Assembly (NCBI GenBank): GCA_002189035.1
Contig: NEEC01000004.1
Location: 5,208,001-5,272,000, forward strand
DNA length: 64,000 nucleotides
Source: Utricularia gibba
Lineage: Eukaryota; Plantae; Magnoliophyta
Direction of reading: 5' to 3'
Part shown: positions 50,163-63,046 of the stretch, piece after piece
Layout: the number at the start of each line of letters is the position of its first letter
Position numbering within the stretch: the stretch's first letter is position 1
Program-made: the position numbers and the translations under genes
The notes under the pieces: generated by a model
Databases searched by the model: none
Told to the model about the DNA's origin: nothing
Seen by the model: only the letters and a program-made list of their open reading frames with translations

Positions 50163-51400
50163 ATGAGTGCTGCGTTTGAGAGCTGCGAAAATCGATATTG
50201 TGAGCTCTCCGCGATTTTGTCCAAGAATTGCGCTTCCGCTGGCATGCTTGATGGAGGTTATTTCGATCCCTCAATTCATATAATTTCCTTTGACTCGTGA
50301 TCCTTATGCATATGTTCTTCGGAGATCGCGGGTTGTTTTGTTTATGAAAGTTTTAGATGCGGATGACTCAAGATTTAGGGCTTTTTTTGTTTTGGGATTT
50401 GTCCATTGGCTCCTTCCAATGTAGCAACGAGTAGAATTCGAAAGCTGATATCTTTGTTGGCTTGATAGACGTTGCCTTTCCCCCTCGTTGTTTCATCCTT
50501 TTGAAACTAGCAATTCTTTTGTAGAACGAAGGAAGCAAAAGATATCTGAAGTAAAAGCAGGACTTGATGAAGCTGAATCATTGGTATGGAAAAATTCACG
50601 TTCACTAAAACGTTTTTTGTTTTTCTGTTGTGAATGTCTCGTTTCCCTTAGCTGGCTGATAATCTCACAGATACGTAAGATGGATTTAGAGGCTCGGGCA
50701 TTGCAGCCAAGCATTAAGGCAGGTCTTCTAGTCAAGCTAAGGGAGTATAAATCTGATATCAACAGTTTGAAAAGTGAACTAAAGCGAATTGAGTCGACAA
50801 ACTTGAGTGCATCCGCCCGCGATGAGTTGCTGGAGGCAGGAATGGCTGATACATTGGCTGTAAGTTACCACATGTCCGTGTAACAAGCTTTTAGAGATGG
50901 GATATGTACCCAGGGCCTTTGATAATGGCTGCCATTTGATATAGGTATCAGCAAATCAGAGGGAGAGATTGTTATACTCCACTCAACGATTGAACGACTC
51001 AACCAACAAGATCAGGGAAAGCAGAAAAGTCATGCTTGAGACCGAGGAGCTCGGTGTATCACTTCTTCAAGACTTGCATCACCAGCGGCAGGCTCTGTTA
51101 CATGCTGATAACACGGTAAAGCTTCATATTTAAGAATTTCATTGCTTTCAAAACGCATACTCAAAGTAAATGGCAACCTTAGCTTGCGGCAATAAACTTT
51201 TCCCTCTTGCCAATGAAGTATGGTATTCCATTTCCCTGTTCCAGTTGCACGATGTGGATGACACCGTTGGACGAAGCCGTGGAATCATTACAAAAATGTC
51301 AAGAAGGATGGATCGAAACAAGTGGATCATCAGTGCCATAATAACCCTCCTGGTCGTCGCCATCGCTGTGATCTTATACTTCAAACTTCAAAAGAAGTAA
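50163..51400 (+). CDS. VTI1: Qb-SNARE VTI1 (VTI11/13-like), 5 exons
   Basis: YCELSAILSKNC, IRKMDLEARALQPSIKAGLLVKLREYKSD, ARDELLEAGMAD, MLETEELGVSLLQDL, C-terminal TM WIISAIITLLVVAIAVILYFKL. Confidence 0.95.
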
Positions 51401-53036
51401 ATAGGATCTGATGCTGGTGGGGTATGTTCTTCTGCCGATAGACTAAACTACCTCCTGTGTGTATGTAATCTGTCTACACCATCTCATTCATCATGTTGTT
51501 TATCTCCACACATCATGAAGCTCTTTCCTTGAACCTTTTCCAGTGAGAAACGACATGTTTTATGAGTGACAACCAAGCTTGGCTCCATTGCCCAAGTGAC
51601 AAATATGTTATCTGCCACTAGCTTCTTCGAATGTGCTGCATGCTTTTCTAGTGATTGTGAACGATTATGATTGTCTTCAGATAAAGAGATAGAGGCTCGT
51701 GGTTTGTCCCAATCCCACTTCCTTCGTCATCCTTTTGTCTTTTCACCCAAAGACAATCAGCTCACTATTCCTAAAACAAACCGTATTTCCCTTGTCTTCA
51801 GTCCACCTCCTCACTTTTTTGTCCCAACAGAGCTATGCACTGAATGCATACCGTATCCAAAAGGTTATGATCAAGTTTCATATAATGCTGGCACCATCCT
51901 TTTACTTAGACTTCATTTGGATTAGTTACTGTTTTCGGAGAAATGTTTGACAATTAGTTTTGTTATCAAATACTTTCTAATTTTCTCAAGAAACTATATG
52001 AAACAGAGTCTTAATCTCTCATTCTGATATATTATATGTTTGGAAATGGTGATTTTGGGTCACGAACACGACCACTAACTATGCTCTTGTTTTGTTGAAG
52101 ATAAATAGGCAGGGACCTACAAGATACAGGTTCATGATCATTCCAAGTCTTCGAGTCTAATATTTGTGTACAATACTCCCCACTGGGGCTACTTGTCTGT
52201 TAGCGGCTACTCACGACGTGACATGTCCGCACCATGTCCTCATGTTTTGATGGGGAGGAGGATCCACCGCCAGCACGCTGTATTGGATAAACCAGAGAAA
52301 ACTCATGTTGTTCTCGCATAGACTGAGTCATTCTGATGAATGCTCGTTATCTCGATATTAAAATTAAAGATTTAATAGATAGATGAATATGTTCAAATAT
52401 ACGATAAATATAAATCATATTCAAAAAGATTAAATTCAATTAATTACGTTAATTTTCTAATATTGAATTATTTGATCTAATATATATAATCAAATTGAAT
52501 AAGGGTTTTTTTAATTATAGTTATTATTTAAATCATGAAGATATCTAATTTTTATCGTTTAAATCTAATATATCTTATGTTAATTTTTGTTACTTGAATC
52601 TAATCTATCTAAGCTATGTAAGTCAACAAAAAAAAAAGGCATGTTTGATTATAAGATAAATATTAAAATAAATAATATTATATTAAAAATTTAAAGTAAT
52701 CTAATTAAGAATATAGTACTTAGATTAATATTAATTAATTGAATCTAATATTTTTAAATATGATCTTATTTTTATGTATTTAAACTTCAACTTCAAACCT
52801 CTGTTGGTTTGGAAGAGTTGAATGTGGTTAATGGATACAAGTTGGCTATTTTTGATGCATTATCTGTAGTGAGGCCTGAGGAAGAAGATAATAATACTGT
52901 TTTTCATTAAGTGACAAGATGTGGAAGCTTCTGTGTGCAATTGTGTTGTTGAGCGTTTGCGGCTGGAGGTGCATAGCTACGCCTATTCACACCAACTGTC
53001 TGTGATGATAAGAATATACAAAAGAACAAGCACCAA

Positions 53037-54098
53037 TCATTCCAGAAGAAACGGGTAGTTCCAGGAGGGGCCGAACCCGCCGGAGTCGGCGGTTATCAGC
53101 TGTTCATGATCGTATATCGGCCGGAATCCGGTACATGTGGAGGCGGAAGTATTCGTTTCTCCGGAGAACACCGGGAAGGATTCTTGGTTTTCGAGCAACA
53201 GGCTTAGAAGCGACTGATCCTGCGGCATGACAGAATCGTAGTAATATGTATGGGAGTTTCGCTCTGACTTGTGGAGGATGGAGTCAGTTCTCCGGCCATT
53301 TCCTCGATGGAATTCGAAAAATAGGTGGCGCGTGACGCCTCCGCCATGTCCATCAACGGCGGTAAATCGGTCGTTGAGCGAGACGCGCCGCCGGAATCAG
53401 GGGTTTTTGACAGATCCGAGATGTGAACCTTCTTCCCGCCGGAGCTTTTCTTAAACACTCTACTGATGACCCATTCATTCTGCAAACTTCCAAAACTTAA
53501 ACAAGGGACGAATCAAAATAACACCTTTCGAGGATCGGTTACCTTCTGGGTGACTTTGTGATGATTTTGCATGGGATTTGATCTGAACTCATGCATAACC
53601 CAGTCTGTTTTCTGTCCTCTGGGAGCTCTACCTTGGTAAAACACCAAAGTTTTCTTCATTCCGATCAGGATTTTGGATTTAGACCTGAAAATCTCTTTAT
53701 CTTTCCCAGTAGCCTTCCAGTACCCTGCACCAGTAGCTCTGTTCGTCCTCAAACCAGTCGGATACTTCCGATCCTTTCTGCAGAAGAAATACCATTCCTT
53801 CTCACCCATTTTCCCCTTCCCTGCAAACAAACCTTTCCCCAGTTCAGTTTCAGATTCAGATTCAAAACACCCTCATCTCTAAATCATGAAAAACTAACTC
53901 ACAGGGCAGATCCCACGGCTCAACTTTGTTCAAATCGACTTCTCCGATGACCTGTGTACTCAATTCCCCGTCAACCATCTTGGGAGACAAGTAGTGCGTT
54001 ATAAGCTCCTCGTCCGTCGGGTGAAACCGGAAGCCCGGCGGCAAAATGAGATGCTCCTCAGCGGCGGCGGCGGCGGCGGCGGCGGCGAACCTAACCAT
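53037..54098 (-). CDS. NAC transcription factor, ORE1/NAC79/NAC100 subgroup, 3 exons
   Basis: [117 protein letters not shown]; one base missing at 53252-53254. An alternative upstream ATG lies at 54161. Confidence 0.93.
54061..54087. repeat. (GCG)9 microsatellite encoding poly-Ala in the NAC N-terminus
   Basis: gcggcggcggcggcggcggcggcggcg. Confidence 0.97.
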
Positions 54099-55239
54099 AT
54101 TTCCCAATGGCAGAAATGAACGTCTACGAGGTTCCGAACCAGGAGGAGGAGATAACGACATTCAGGGGGCGGAAGCTCGTTGTCTTAAAGAAGTGTGAAA
54201 CGCTGAAGGGAGGCGTGCGTGTCACATGGAGACGAGTTTCCAACTGCAAAAATCGGTTGGGATTTTGTGCCCGAAATTAAATATCGCAAAAAAACTCTTT
54301 TTTCGCATACTTATGACGTCATCTTAATAATCCCATTTTGTTTTACATTTTGTTTAAATATTTTTTAAATAAATAAATAAGTAAAATTGTTGACTTCGGC
54401 GAGGGTCTGAATCAGTTCCTTACACACCACCATTGGTTAGTTGCGAATTAGTTAAACCAATTTTTTTAATTTCCAATTTAAAATATAAATAAATTTAATT
54501 ATTTTACACCCAATTTACATAAAAAATACTAAACAAAGCAAGAAAATTTAAATTATTTGCCTTCCACGTGCACCACAAAAAGGCCGTGTATAGAATAGAA
54601 TGTTGATTTAATTAGAAATAAAAAAAACATTTCTGTAATTTTAATAATAAACTATAAGAAAAAGTTGCGTGTTGAATTACATTGAATTTCCACCTTGTTT
54701 TTCAAACTTGAACTAAACTCCAGCTGGAGGATGGGGAAATATTCGTTATTTTCTGACATTTCAATATTTAATTAATTTAAATATTATAATAATGTAGTGG
54801 AAAATGCATTATTAAAATATTTTAAATAATGTTTTTTAGTTATACGGAAAGAGGTTTTTTAAATAAAAAAAAACACACAGGGGGTGTTGAAAGTGAAGGA
54901 AAATCCAAGGTGTTTGAATTGATTTTCGTCACGTGGGGAAATAGGTGCTGGAAACTCCCTGGAGGACTATGCGCTGGCATTGAATGCTAGTGTTTACTCT
55001 GGCAACGCGAACGCGGTGGTTTTATGAGACTTTTAGGAGGCTACGGGAGTGTTCATACACTCCTCCCAGTTGAAAAAAACACACACAAATATGTGCTGGA
55101 AGTAGTAATGATTCTGAATCTTGTAATAGACTGTTGGGAATTGTCAAAGGTTACTGCTTACCAATCAGTGTGTTTTTATCACGCGCCGTCTTCTTCAAAG
55201 AGGTGTTCTTTGAAGATAAACGCACTGGGGGAGGGTTTA

Positions 55240-56640
55240 TCAGACATGTGTGGCTGATTTGGTGGATGGTCTGTGCTTCAACCGGTAAAGACTTATGTTC
55301 CTGTAACTGGGTGAAGATTGAACTGAATGATCCATGTTTTCATGAACTGTCATGGGCTTTATTGATCTGCAGAATGCAGCTGGATTTGCCTGCAAAACTG
55401 GGGATTTTTCAATGGAAAAGATTGACTGCGGAAGCCTTTGAGGCTTCCAGGGGCTCATCGATTCTTGATGTTTCTGGTACCCTCTCTGTGATTGTTCTGA
55501 TCTCTGGGATGCTTTCCTAGAGTTGCTGATGGCGGAATGATCCCGGGAAAGGCCCAAGAGGGTGATGCTGTGCAGCTGATGAACGCCGGTCCGTACGCAA
55601 ATATCGATGGAGATGTCGGGCAACTCCGGTGAACAGTATGCCACTGGGATCCTGGAAAGCATGGCGACTGAGGGTACCAATTCAGCATCTGTTCCTGCAA
55701 ACCTTTCTTCCCCATATCATGCCTTGAAGTTGAGATGGAGGATTTAGATGCAGCCCAACTCCCTGGTTCTCGATATGGATGCCAGCCATTGCTTGAGCTG
55801 CTCTTCAAAGAAGACGCCATTGGATGATCCATTCCCAAAGTCTGGACACCAGTTGCATGAAGAGACTTCACAGTGGAATGCTTGATCTTACGCCGGCCGG
55901 CGCCAAAAGGAACATTCCTCGTGACACCACCAGCAGTCCAGTATCTCCGGCAGCTCTTGCAGAAATGCCGAGGTTGATTGGCTTTGTAGTTATTGAAGTA
56001 ACAGAATTTTGTATGCTTGCTATCACACCGAGGGCATGGAAGAATCGCTTCTGGCTTCTGTAAAGGTTTCTCCATCGGCACGCCGGTCTCTGCCCGCTCT
56101 GCAGTTTCAGATAATTTAAGCCCTTGAGAATCATCACTCTCGAGAGCCCCTGCGCCTTCTTCCCCTGGCATCATCATCGTCACATTGCATCCTCCCATAA
56201 TCTGATTCAGTACATATGACAAGATGAAGGAGAACATACAACATGACATTGAAGCAGGGGACAGAATGAAACTCATGATGAATGTTCTACTTCTGGGTTA
56301 CTGTAAACTGTTTCTCCCAAAACGAAATCATCGACACCACAACTACGTGAAATCGAATTCAGGAAAAAACTGCATCCCATCAAATGAATCGTAATCAGCG
56401 TATACAGATGAAGAAAACCATCGGGCTCAAGATCAACCGCGATCAGTCATATGCATCAACAGCAAAAGGGTAACTCCAAACACCGCCATTTCTCACCTGG
56501 TCCGATTCTGAGGGTTCCTGATTCGCCGCCGAACACCCATCTTTGCACGAAAGATGAGATTCTTGGTTCCGGTGACAAATCTTCGGCAACGCAATGGTTT
56601 TCCCAAAAAGCTTAATTCTTGGATCCTTTACCTCCGGCAT
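55240..56640 (-). CDS. CDF: Cycling Dof factor (CDF-type), C-terminus frameshifted as assembled
   Basis: [15 protein letters not shown] (TPL-binding motif), Dof domain [47 protein letters not shown], then RIDEP and [11 protein letters not shown] in two other frames. Confidence 0.85.
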
Positions 56641-57884
56641 TTTGTTTTCTACCTCCCCCCTTATCGCGAACTATATACTAATGCTGCAAAGTTGCAACAC
56701 AAATCGGAACAAAAGAATCAATTCCCAAAAGGCAGTTCCGGTACAATACACGGAAATGCACATGGACCCGTAACTCTTCGCTTTTGTCGCCGATCAGGTG
56801 ACGTGGTGGGGCGGTGCGATTTTTGACTATAAGGTTTGAGAACACGTTGGCAGAAAAAGGCTGATTCTCAGCCACCAGTTTCTTCTTCCCTTTGCCTTTA
56901 TTTTCACAAAACGCCATTTCTGTTCAACCCTTGCACTTTACATCATCGTATGGCATCCGCTTCCTTGTTCTTCTACTTGTGGACTAGAGACAAAGAGGGG
57001 TTTGCTTTCGATTGCTCCTCTCTTCCCGAAGCCCTCTTCAACCACTAACATGGGTTTTTTTTCCTTTCCACCTTGTCAGATCAGAGCAAAGCAGGTCATT
57101 GCATTGTTTTGCGCAGTACAAGCGACTTCGAAGAAGCAAAAGGGGATTCTTTACGAGATTACCAGCATTCCCTCAATGGCCTATTACCGTGAAAAACCCA
57201 CGCTCGACAAATCCACAAACAGCAAACTCTTCCTAACTCTGAGCATCATAGTTCCACAGTTTCATCCATCTCCAACCATACCAACGGGAAGACTTCTTTG
57301 TTGGTGGATAAGTTGGGCAGATGAGCACATCAAATTAGCTACCTAATTGCAGCTCAAGAACCAAACTTGCATCCTCAATTGCACTGAGAGACTGGAATCT
57401 GGCACCCATTTAAAAACACTTTCTGGGCATCATTCTCTGAACCAAGCTAATAGTTGAAGATGAAGTTTATTTTATTTTATTTAATAATGATACTGAACAC
57501 TTTGGAAGAAAAGCCCAATAATGACTTCGGCAGGCCCAACAAGCAACCGACCGTTTTAAGAGGTGCAGCATTTTTTCTTAGCGCCTACGACTCTCCCCTT
57601 GTGAAGGCATCACATTTCAGCCGCTCATCAAGGGGATAATCTTCAGTCCGATAGAAACCCTAACTCTGATTCCTCGATGGATTTTGGTTGTTGATCCAAA
57701 ATCCTGGGGATTTTTCTTTTTTTCTTTCTGTAGTGTTTTCCAGGTTGAAAAACCTGTTTGAAGGCGGGCGTGGATTCAAATATTGATCAATTGATCGATC
57801 TCTGTGTGGGGGGATTCCTGTTTTGGTGGGTTTTGCGTCGAAGAACCGTATCTTGAATTGCCTTCTTGTGCAATTTGAAACCAG

Positions 57885-58568
57885 ATGGTCTGTTTCTTGA
57901 ACTCGATTGCGGTTGACCAGCACATAAACATGGCCAAATCGGCGAATTCTGTTGATCATTTCGTGAAACCTAAGCAGATCAATCAGGTTGAGAAGAACAA
58001 GAAAGCTTCTTCGACATCTCCCAATCTGCTGGCTATCCCTGCTTGTGACAAATCGGCAACTGCAATTGTCGATGTTATACTGTTGATTGCTGTAATTGGA
58101 GCTTCTGGGTTCTTGCTCTTTCCCTACGCTAAGATACTGGCTCTGGCAGCCACTGGTTTCACCACGGAATTCATCACTATTTTAACAGAGGAAATCATTA
58201 ACGCTCCTATGCTTTTTGGATGTTTAGGGCTCAGCATCGTTTTTGCTGTGACTGCTCTCGTGGTAATAATTCTCTGTACAGATACAAGATGTGGGAAAGC
58301 AAGGTGTCGTGGGCTGAGAAAATCTCCGGAATTCGATATTCAGTTGGAGACAGCAGATGATTCAAGTAAGAAGCAAAGCTTTGTAAGCAAAAATGAACAG
58401 GGTCTCTTGGAATTGCGCCGAGAGCATCATCCGGAGCTGGAAGCTGAGCTTAAGAAGATGGCCCCGCCGAATGGGAAGGCAGTGCTGATATACAGAGCAC
58501 GCTGCGGATGCTCCATCGGTAGAATGGAGGTTCCAGGACCAAGAAAGTTTGGTAAGGCCAAGAAATAA
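57885..58568 (+). CDS. Conserved plant membrane protein (At5g19025-like), intronless
   Basis: ACDKSATAIVDVILLIAVIGASGFLLFPY, two hydrophobic segments, CGKARCRGLRKSPEFDIQLET, ELEAELKKMAPPNGKAVL.YRARCGCS.GRMEVPGPRK; telo-box at 57655-57663. Confidence 0.85.
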   Translation: MVCFLNSIAVDQHINMAKSANSVDHFVKPKQINQVEKNKKASSTSPNLLAIPACDKSATAIVDVILLIAVIGASGFLLFPYAKILALAATGFTTEFITILTEEIINAPMLFGCLGLSIVFAVTALVVIILCTDTRCGKARCRGLRKSPEFDIQLETADDSSKKQSFVSKNEQGLLELRREHHPELEAELKKMAPPNGKAVLIYRARCGCSIGRMEVPGPRKFGKAKK

Positions 58569-58631
58569 GGTCCAAGTATATTACAAAACTTCCTATTTTG
58601 TAATGATAGTCACAGTTATATTTACAACAAC

Positions 58632-58652
58632 GATGATGATGATGATGATGAT
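58632..58652 (+). repeat. (GAT)7 microsatellite in 3' UTR
   Basis: gatgatgatgatgatgatgat. Confidence 0.95.
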
Positions 58653-59159
58653 GAGCGCATCCTGTTCTATATTTTTGGACATGTGATCATAGTTTAAATA
58701 AGCTCATTGGAACAAAGTTTTATGCATGAACCGGCTTTTGAATGGGGTTTCTTTATTCATACTGGGTAGCTCTTATTCCTTCTTCATCTGATTAATCTTT
58801 TCTGGGATTCATAAGCTTCCGCTGTTAGATCCTGGATAGCAATGCTGGTCATGGGACCAGGAAAAAATCAGACTTGTTGAATTCCACCTACTTTAGTTGC
58901 ATGTTTAGACTATTCGTTGTGTGCTTCTCAAGCCTTTTCATCACTTTTTCAAGGATAACTTATTAGAGTAGTAGGCAGGGAGATCCTTGGGAGGGCATCA
59001 AGATCTCATCTTTCTTTAGTAAACTACACAAGTGTCGCAGAACATAGGTATTGAATAACTCTGTTTGCCATTGAAAATGGATTGCTGTGTACATACATCT
59101 TGTGAAGAATATCTCGCGAAATTTAGAAGAAAAACGGGGACTTTGGACCAACACACATA

Positions 59160-60171
59160 CTATGAACCCCAATAATCCTCGCTAGCATCATCTTCTCCCT
59201 CGTTCAACTCTGCACTAACGTCCTTATAATCGTTCTCCAGTGCATCCAAGTCTTCACGAGCATCGGAGAATTCCTTTTCTTCTGTGCCCTCGCCTACGTA
59301 CCAACGCACAAATGCACGCTTAACAACTTGCTGGTGGCTGATAATTGATCATCCCAAAGTTGAAGCCTGCGGGACGCCAATCGACGAATTGAATGGTTTA
59401 GTTTTATGGTTGCAACTGCCGCATTGACGTCTTTGGAAAACATCACTTCGGTATATCAAAGAGCAGGTCATCCATGGCGATGGTCGCATTTCACCATCAT
59501 GGAGGATGCCTCGAATGCAGTACTGGTGATTTCTGCAACAGAGAGTTGATCGTGGTAGGTCTTTTCAGCAGATATGACAGATGCATAAGATGAAAGCGTC
59601 CTACAGTAAGGAGCCAAGTTGGTCTGGATTTCATTGACGCCCACATTCAATGCGCCATCAAACGCGAGAGAAGCAGTCAAGGAAAAAGAAAGAACCTGCA
59701 CACCGAGTTAAAAAAACGTGCGATCTAGAGAAAATGGATCATTAATGAAGGGAAGCACAGAAGCCGTGGAGTTCTTTACCTGGGAGATCTGCCTGTTGAA
59801 ACAGTGTCGGTAGGCCTTTCGATATCAATTGATTTGATACACATATCATAGATAGCTTCATTATCAAGAAGCACAGCGACATCTGTACGCTCAAGCAGAG
59901 AATGAGTTGAAAGCAGAGTTATAAGGCTGTACAACCGCCTAAATATCTGTGGAGAAGGATGGCTGGTGAACCCCAACTTGGATTTTTTCCCATCGTCAAC
60001 AGAGAGCCTCTCGAGCAAGAGAGAGCCAAGCCCAGAACCAGTGCCACCACCCACTGCACGGAGAACCAAATACCCATGCAAACCATTACAGTTGCCAATC
60101 GTGTAATGGCCTAAAGCAAAGTTGTTGGCAGCATCTTCTTTGCCACTGATAAGCTCTTCTGGTTGGAACAA
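59160..60171 (-). pseudogene. TUA: Alpha-tubulin pseudogene, 5'-truncated, one intron retained
   Basis: [71 protein letters not shown]; 16-codon deletion after HYTIG, frameshifts, intron at SQ|V retained; N-terminal part absent. Confidence 0.93.
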
Positions 60172-60814
60172 CTGTCAGCACGTGCTGATGAGGTCATATT
60201 TTCCGGAGCCGCCTTGGCTGAAAAATGTGTTGAAAGCAACGTAAGCGACCACATCCATGCTCAAGAAGCAATGGAAAACTGGATCAACGCAAAATTGGAT
60301 CAATTTACAACTAAAGCGACCACATCCATGCTCGAGAACCTCAGATTCGAGAAGCGATCTATGAAAGAAGTCCAAAGAAAAATAAGATTAGAAGAGACCT
60401 GGTGGATTCCGTGTTCGAAGCACTAAAGCTCCCGACAAGCATTCACGACCTGGATACCGGTTTGTGCAATGCGGATCGAGATGCATTTCATGGACCCTCG
60501 CTTTTCGGAGCAGCTCCCACGTTGAGCAAGAAGACGGTTACTTTTCTTCAGGTGGAAGCTAACTTTCCAACATTTACAAAAAAAAAAAAAAAGGCTCTAT
60601 TTATCCTTCAATATATAGTAGTGTGCCTTCTGTGGACCCTAATCATTATTTGTTCTGTATCAGAATAAACTAAAAAAAATTAAAATAAGAATTAAGATTT
60701 TTAAAAGAAAATAGCACAAGGCAATGTATAAATTCAATGAAACAACAAGTTGGCTTGCTCTCCTTCTCCACACATACTACAGGAACAAAGTGAATCTGAA
60801 ACTGGGTGCAGCTT

Positions 60815-63046
60815 TCATCTCTTCCATCCTGGTTGAACCACCTTATCTGAAAGAACGAAAATCCATGGTGGTGAGTAAAGAAAACAGAACAAACAGAAAG
60901 ATGCTTGCTTCTGTAATCTCACCATCTCTGGAGGACAACACTGATACGCTGCTCTTGTTGCTGCCTCCTTTGCCATTAGGCTGCTGTATCCTGGGAGATA
61001 ATGAGTTGGTGAATTTGCTGTTAAGAGATGATGGCAAAGAATGGCGACGAACGTGGCCAGGTCCTGCTCCATCTTCTCTGAATTTGGAAGATCCTGAAGC
61101 TCTAAGCTTCGCTTTTGCAGACTCAGTGGCGGCCATGTAGCTTGGCAAGCTTGGCAGGGTGTTCTGTGCAACAGTTTCCATGGCCTCTGGCTTTGCTGGG
61201 AGAGATCTTCTTTCCTTGTTGGCTCTCCGTTTATCCTCAATGATCCTATCCTGTTTTGGACTGGATTCTTGGGAGAGTGGCGGCTCGAGGCTTTCTGCAA
61301 CATTAGCATCGATGGGGTAAAGATCCTTCTGCGACAAATCATCAGCCTCGATTTTTGAAGCAGCTTCAGCCCCATTTGGTTTGGAGACTGGATTCAGAAT
61401 TTTCTCAGCCTTGTCTACAGGCCGAGGAGCAGTTTTTGCACTCAGCTGTTGCTTGGGCTTCTCTGTGACTGTTTCAGAAACCTTTCGCAAGCTGCGCTTG
61501 ACTCTCTCCAGCTCGTTTTCAGCTTGTTCTTGAACCAACACAGAGTGATGACTATAACCTTTCTTCGGAATCTTTTTTGAGTTGATTTCAAGGGAAGCAG
61601 GCAGACCATTGTCTCCATTTGCCCCACTTTCAGCCCTTCTGAAGGTTCTTTTTGACTTCACTATGTCATTCTCAATCTGCTTTCTGTGAGTCGTCATGAT
61701 GGCAGCTTTGCTTGGACGTGCAGGAGGCACCCAAAAGCGAGAAACGGACCAGCGATCGAGCCAGTTCGCAGATGAATTAGGCGCAGATCTTTCATATTGA
61801 AGAGTCAAGGGCATAGCAGGTGCCACCGAGCCAAGAAGCTAGAACAGCAGCAAAGCATCAGCTATTTGCTTAAAGAAAATCTACGCATTCAAGAGTGCAA
61901 TTTAGAGAAGAAATCTCAGATCAGACCTTACGGATGTATGAATTTGCTGCCAGTTTTTCGATACTGAAACTCGATTTTGCACCAACATTCACCTGCATCT
62001 TCAAAACGAATGCACCTATTAAAGAAAAATGGAAGACGAGAAATATTGGCCATGGTGAGAAACATACCTGGAGCTCTCGAAATTTGTACTTCTTAAGGCT
62101 TTTTTGAGTAGCATCAGCGAGACGAACATTTCGTCCACGAACAACAGCCTGCAGCTTCACAATTCCATACATACAATAGAGAGTAGCAGCAGCCTGTCTT
62201 CGCACCAAATGCCCACGAATAAGAGCCTGAAGCCTTATGATACCCTTCAAAGCCCGAAAAGCACGACGAGCCTGCCAAATATGAGAGATACAGTATGCAT
62301 ACGCAGGGCTGGAATCAAGTAAGAATGCAAGGACTTGAACATTCTCTCTCTTCTTTTTTTGATCTGAACTGTATGCAGGGCTAAAATATATTACCACATA
62401 GCCCTTGAAGGTTGCTTGGACTATTGCGGCAGCATGGTTTTGTCTCTCCTTCTCAGCATCGCTAACTGGAACTGAAGATGCTTGCGTTTCCGAACTTTCA
62501 GCAATACCAGATGCAGTACTACACAGAACACCCGGCAAATCCACCTCAATGCCCGTGTTCTTTGTTCCATTTTCAGTCAGCTGCTGAGGAGCTGATATGA
62601 CTGGAGAATCCTCCACAGGATTCTCTCCTGTTGTCCTAAAAGAAGTCTTTTTTTCAGGTGTAGCATTCTGCAAAGATATATTTAATTACAAAAAAACTTG
62701 CCACAGAATTACAAATTTAACCATGAAGCAAACAGGCCAAATAAGAAATCAAAATAAACACAATCCCAGGTAACATCGTAAGAAGTTTTTCTCTTCATTT
62801 TTTACAGCTTCAAAGTCATAACTGATGCAAACAGCACCACTCCCACATCTCAAAATTGTATAACACGGACTGAATATAAAACAAAAAGAAAATTTCAGCA
62901 AAATTAGAAGCCAATAGAGCATAATACCTATTTGCAGAAAGCCCAGCAAGGATAAAAACATGTTTTCTTACCTTGAGTTGTCTGGATTTGGAATGCTTCT
63001 TTCCAAAAAGAACAGCCTTGATCCACCTCCCTGGAGACTTCCCCAT
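60815..63046 (-). CDS. IQD: IQ67-domain protein (IQD28-31-like)
   Basis: MGKSPGRWIKAVLFGKK, AAAIVQATFKGY|ARRAFRALKGIIRLQALIRGHLVRRQA, WLDRWS, DUF4005 LPSYMAATESAKAKLRA..RRHSLP, ends PGWKR-stop. Confidence 0.93.

Noticed and set aside
57002-57346. 114-aa plus-strand ORF between CDF and the At5g19025-like gene
   Set aside because: Non-ATG start, no motif; lies in the CDF promoter/leader region.
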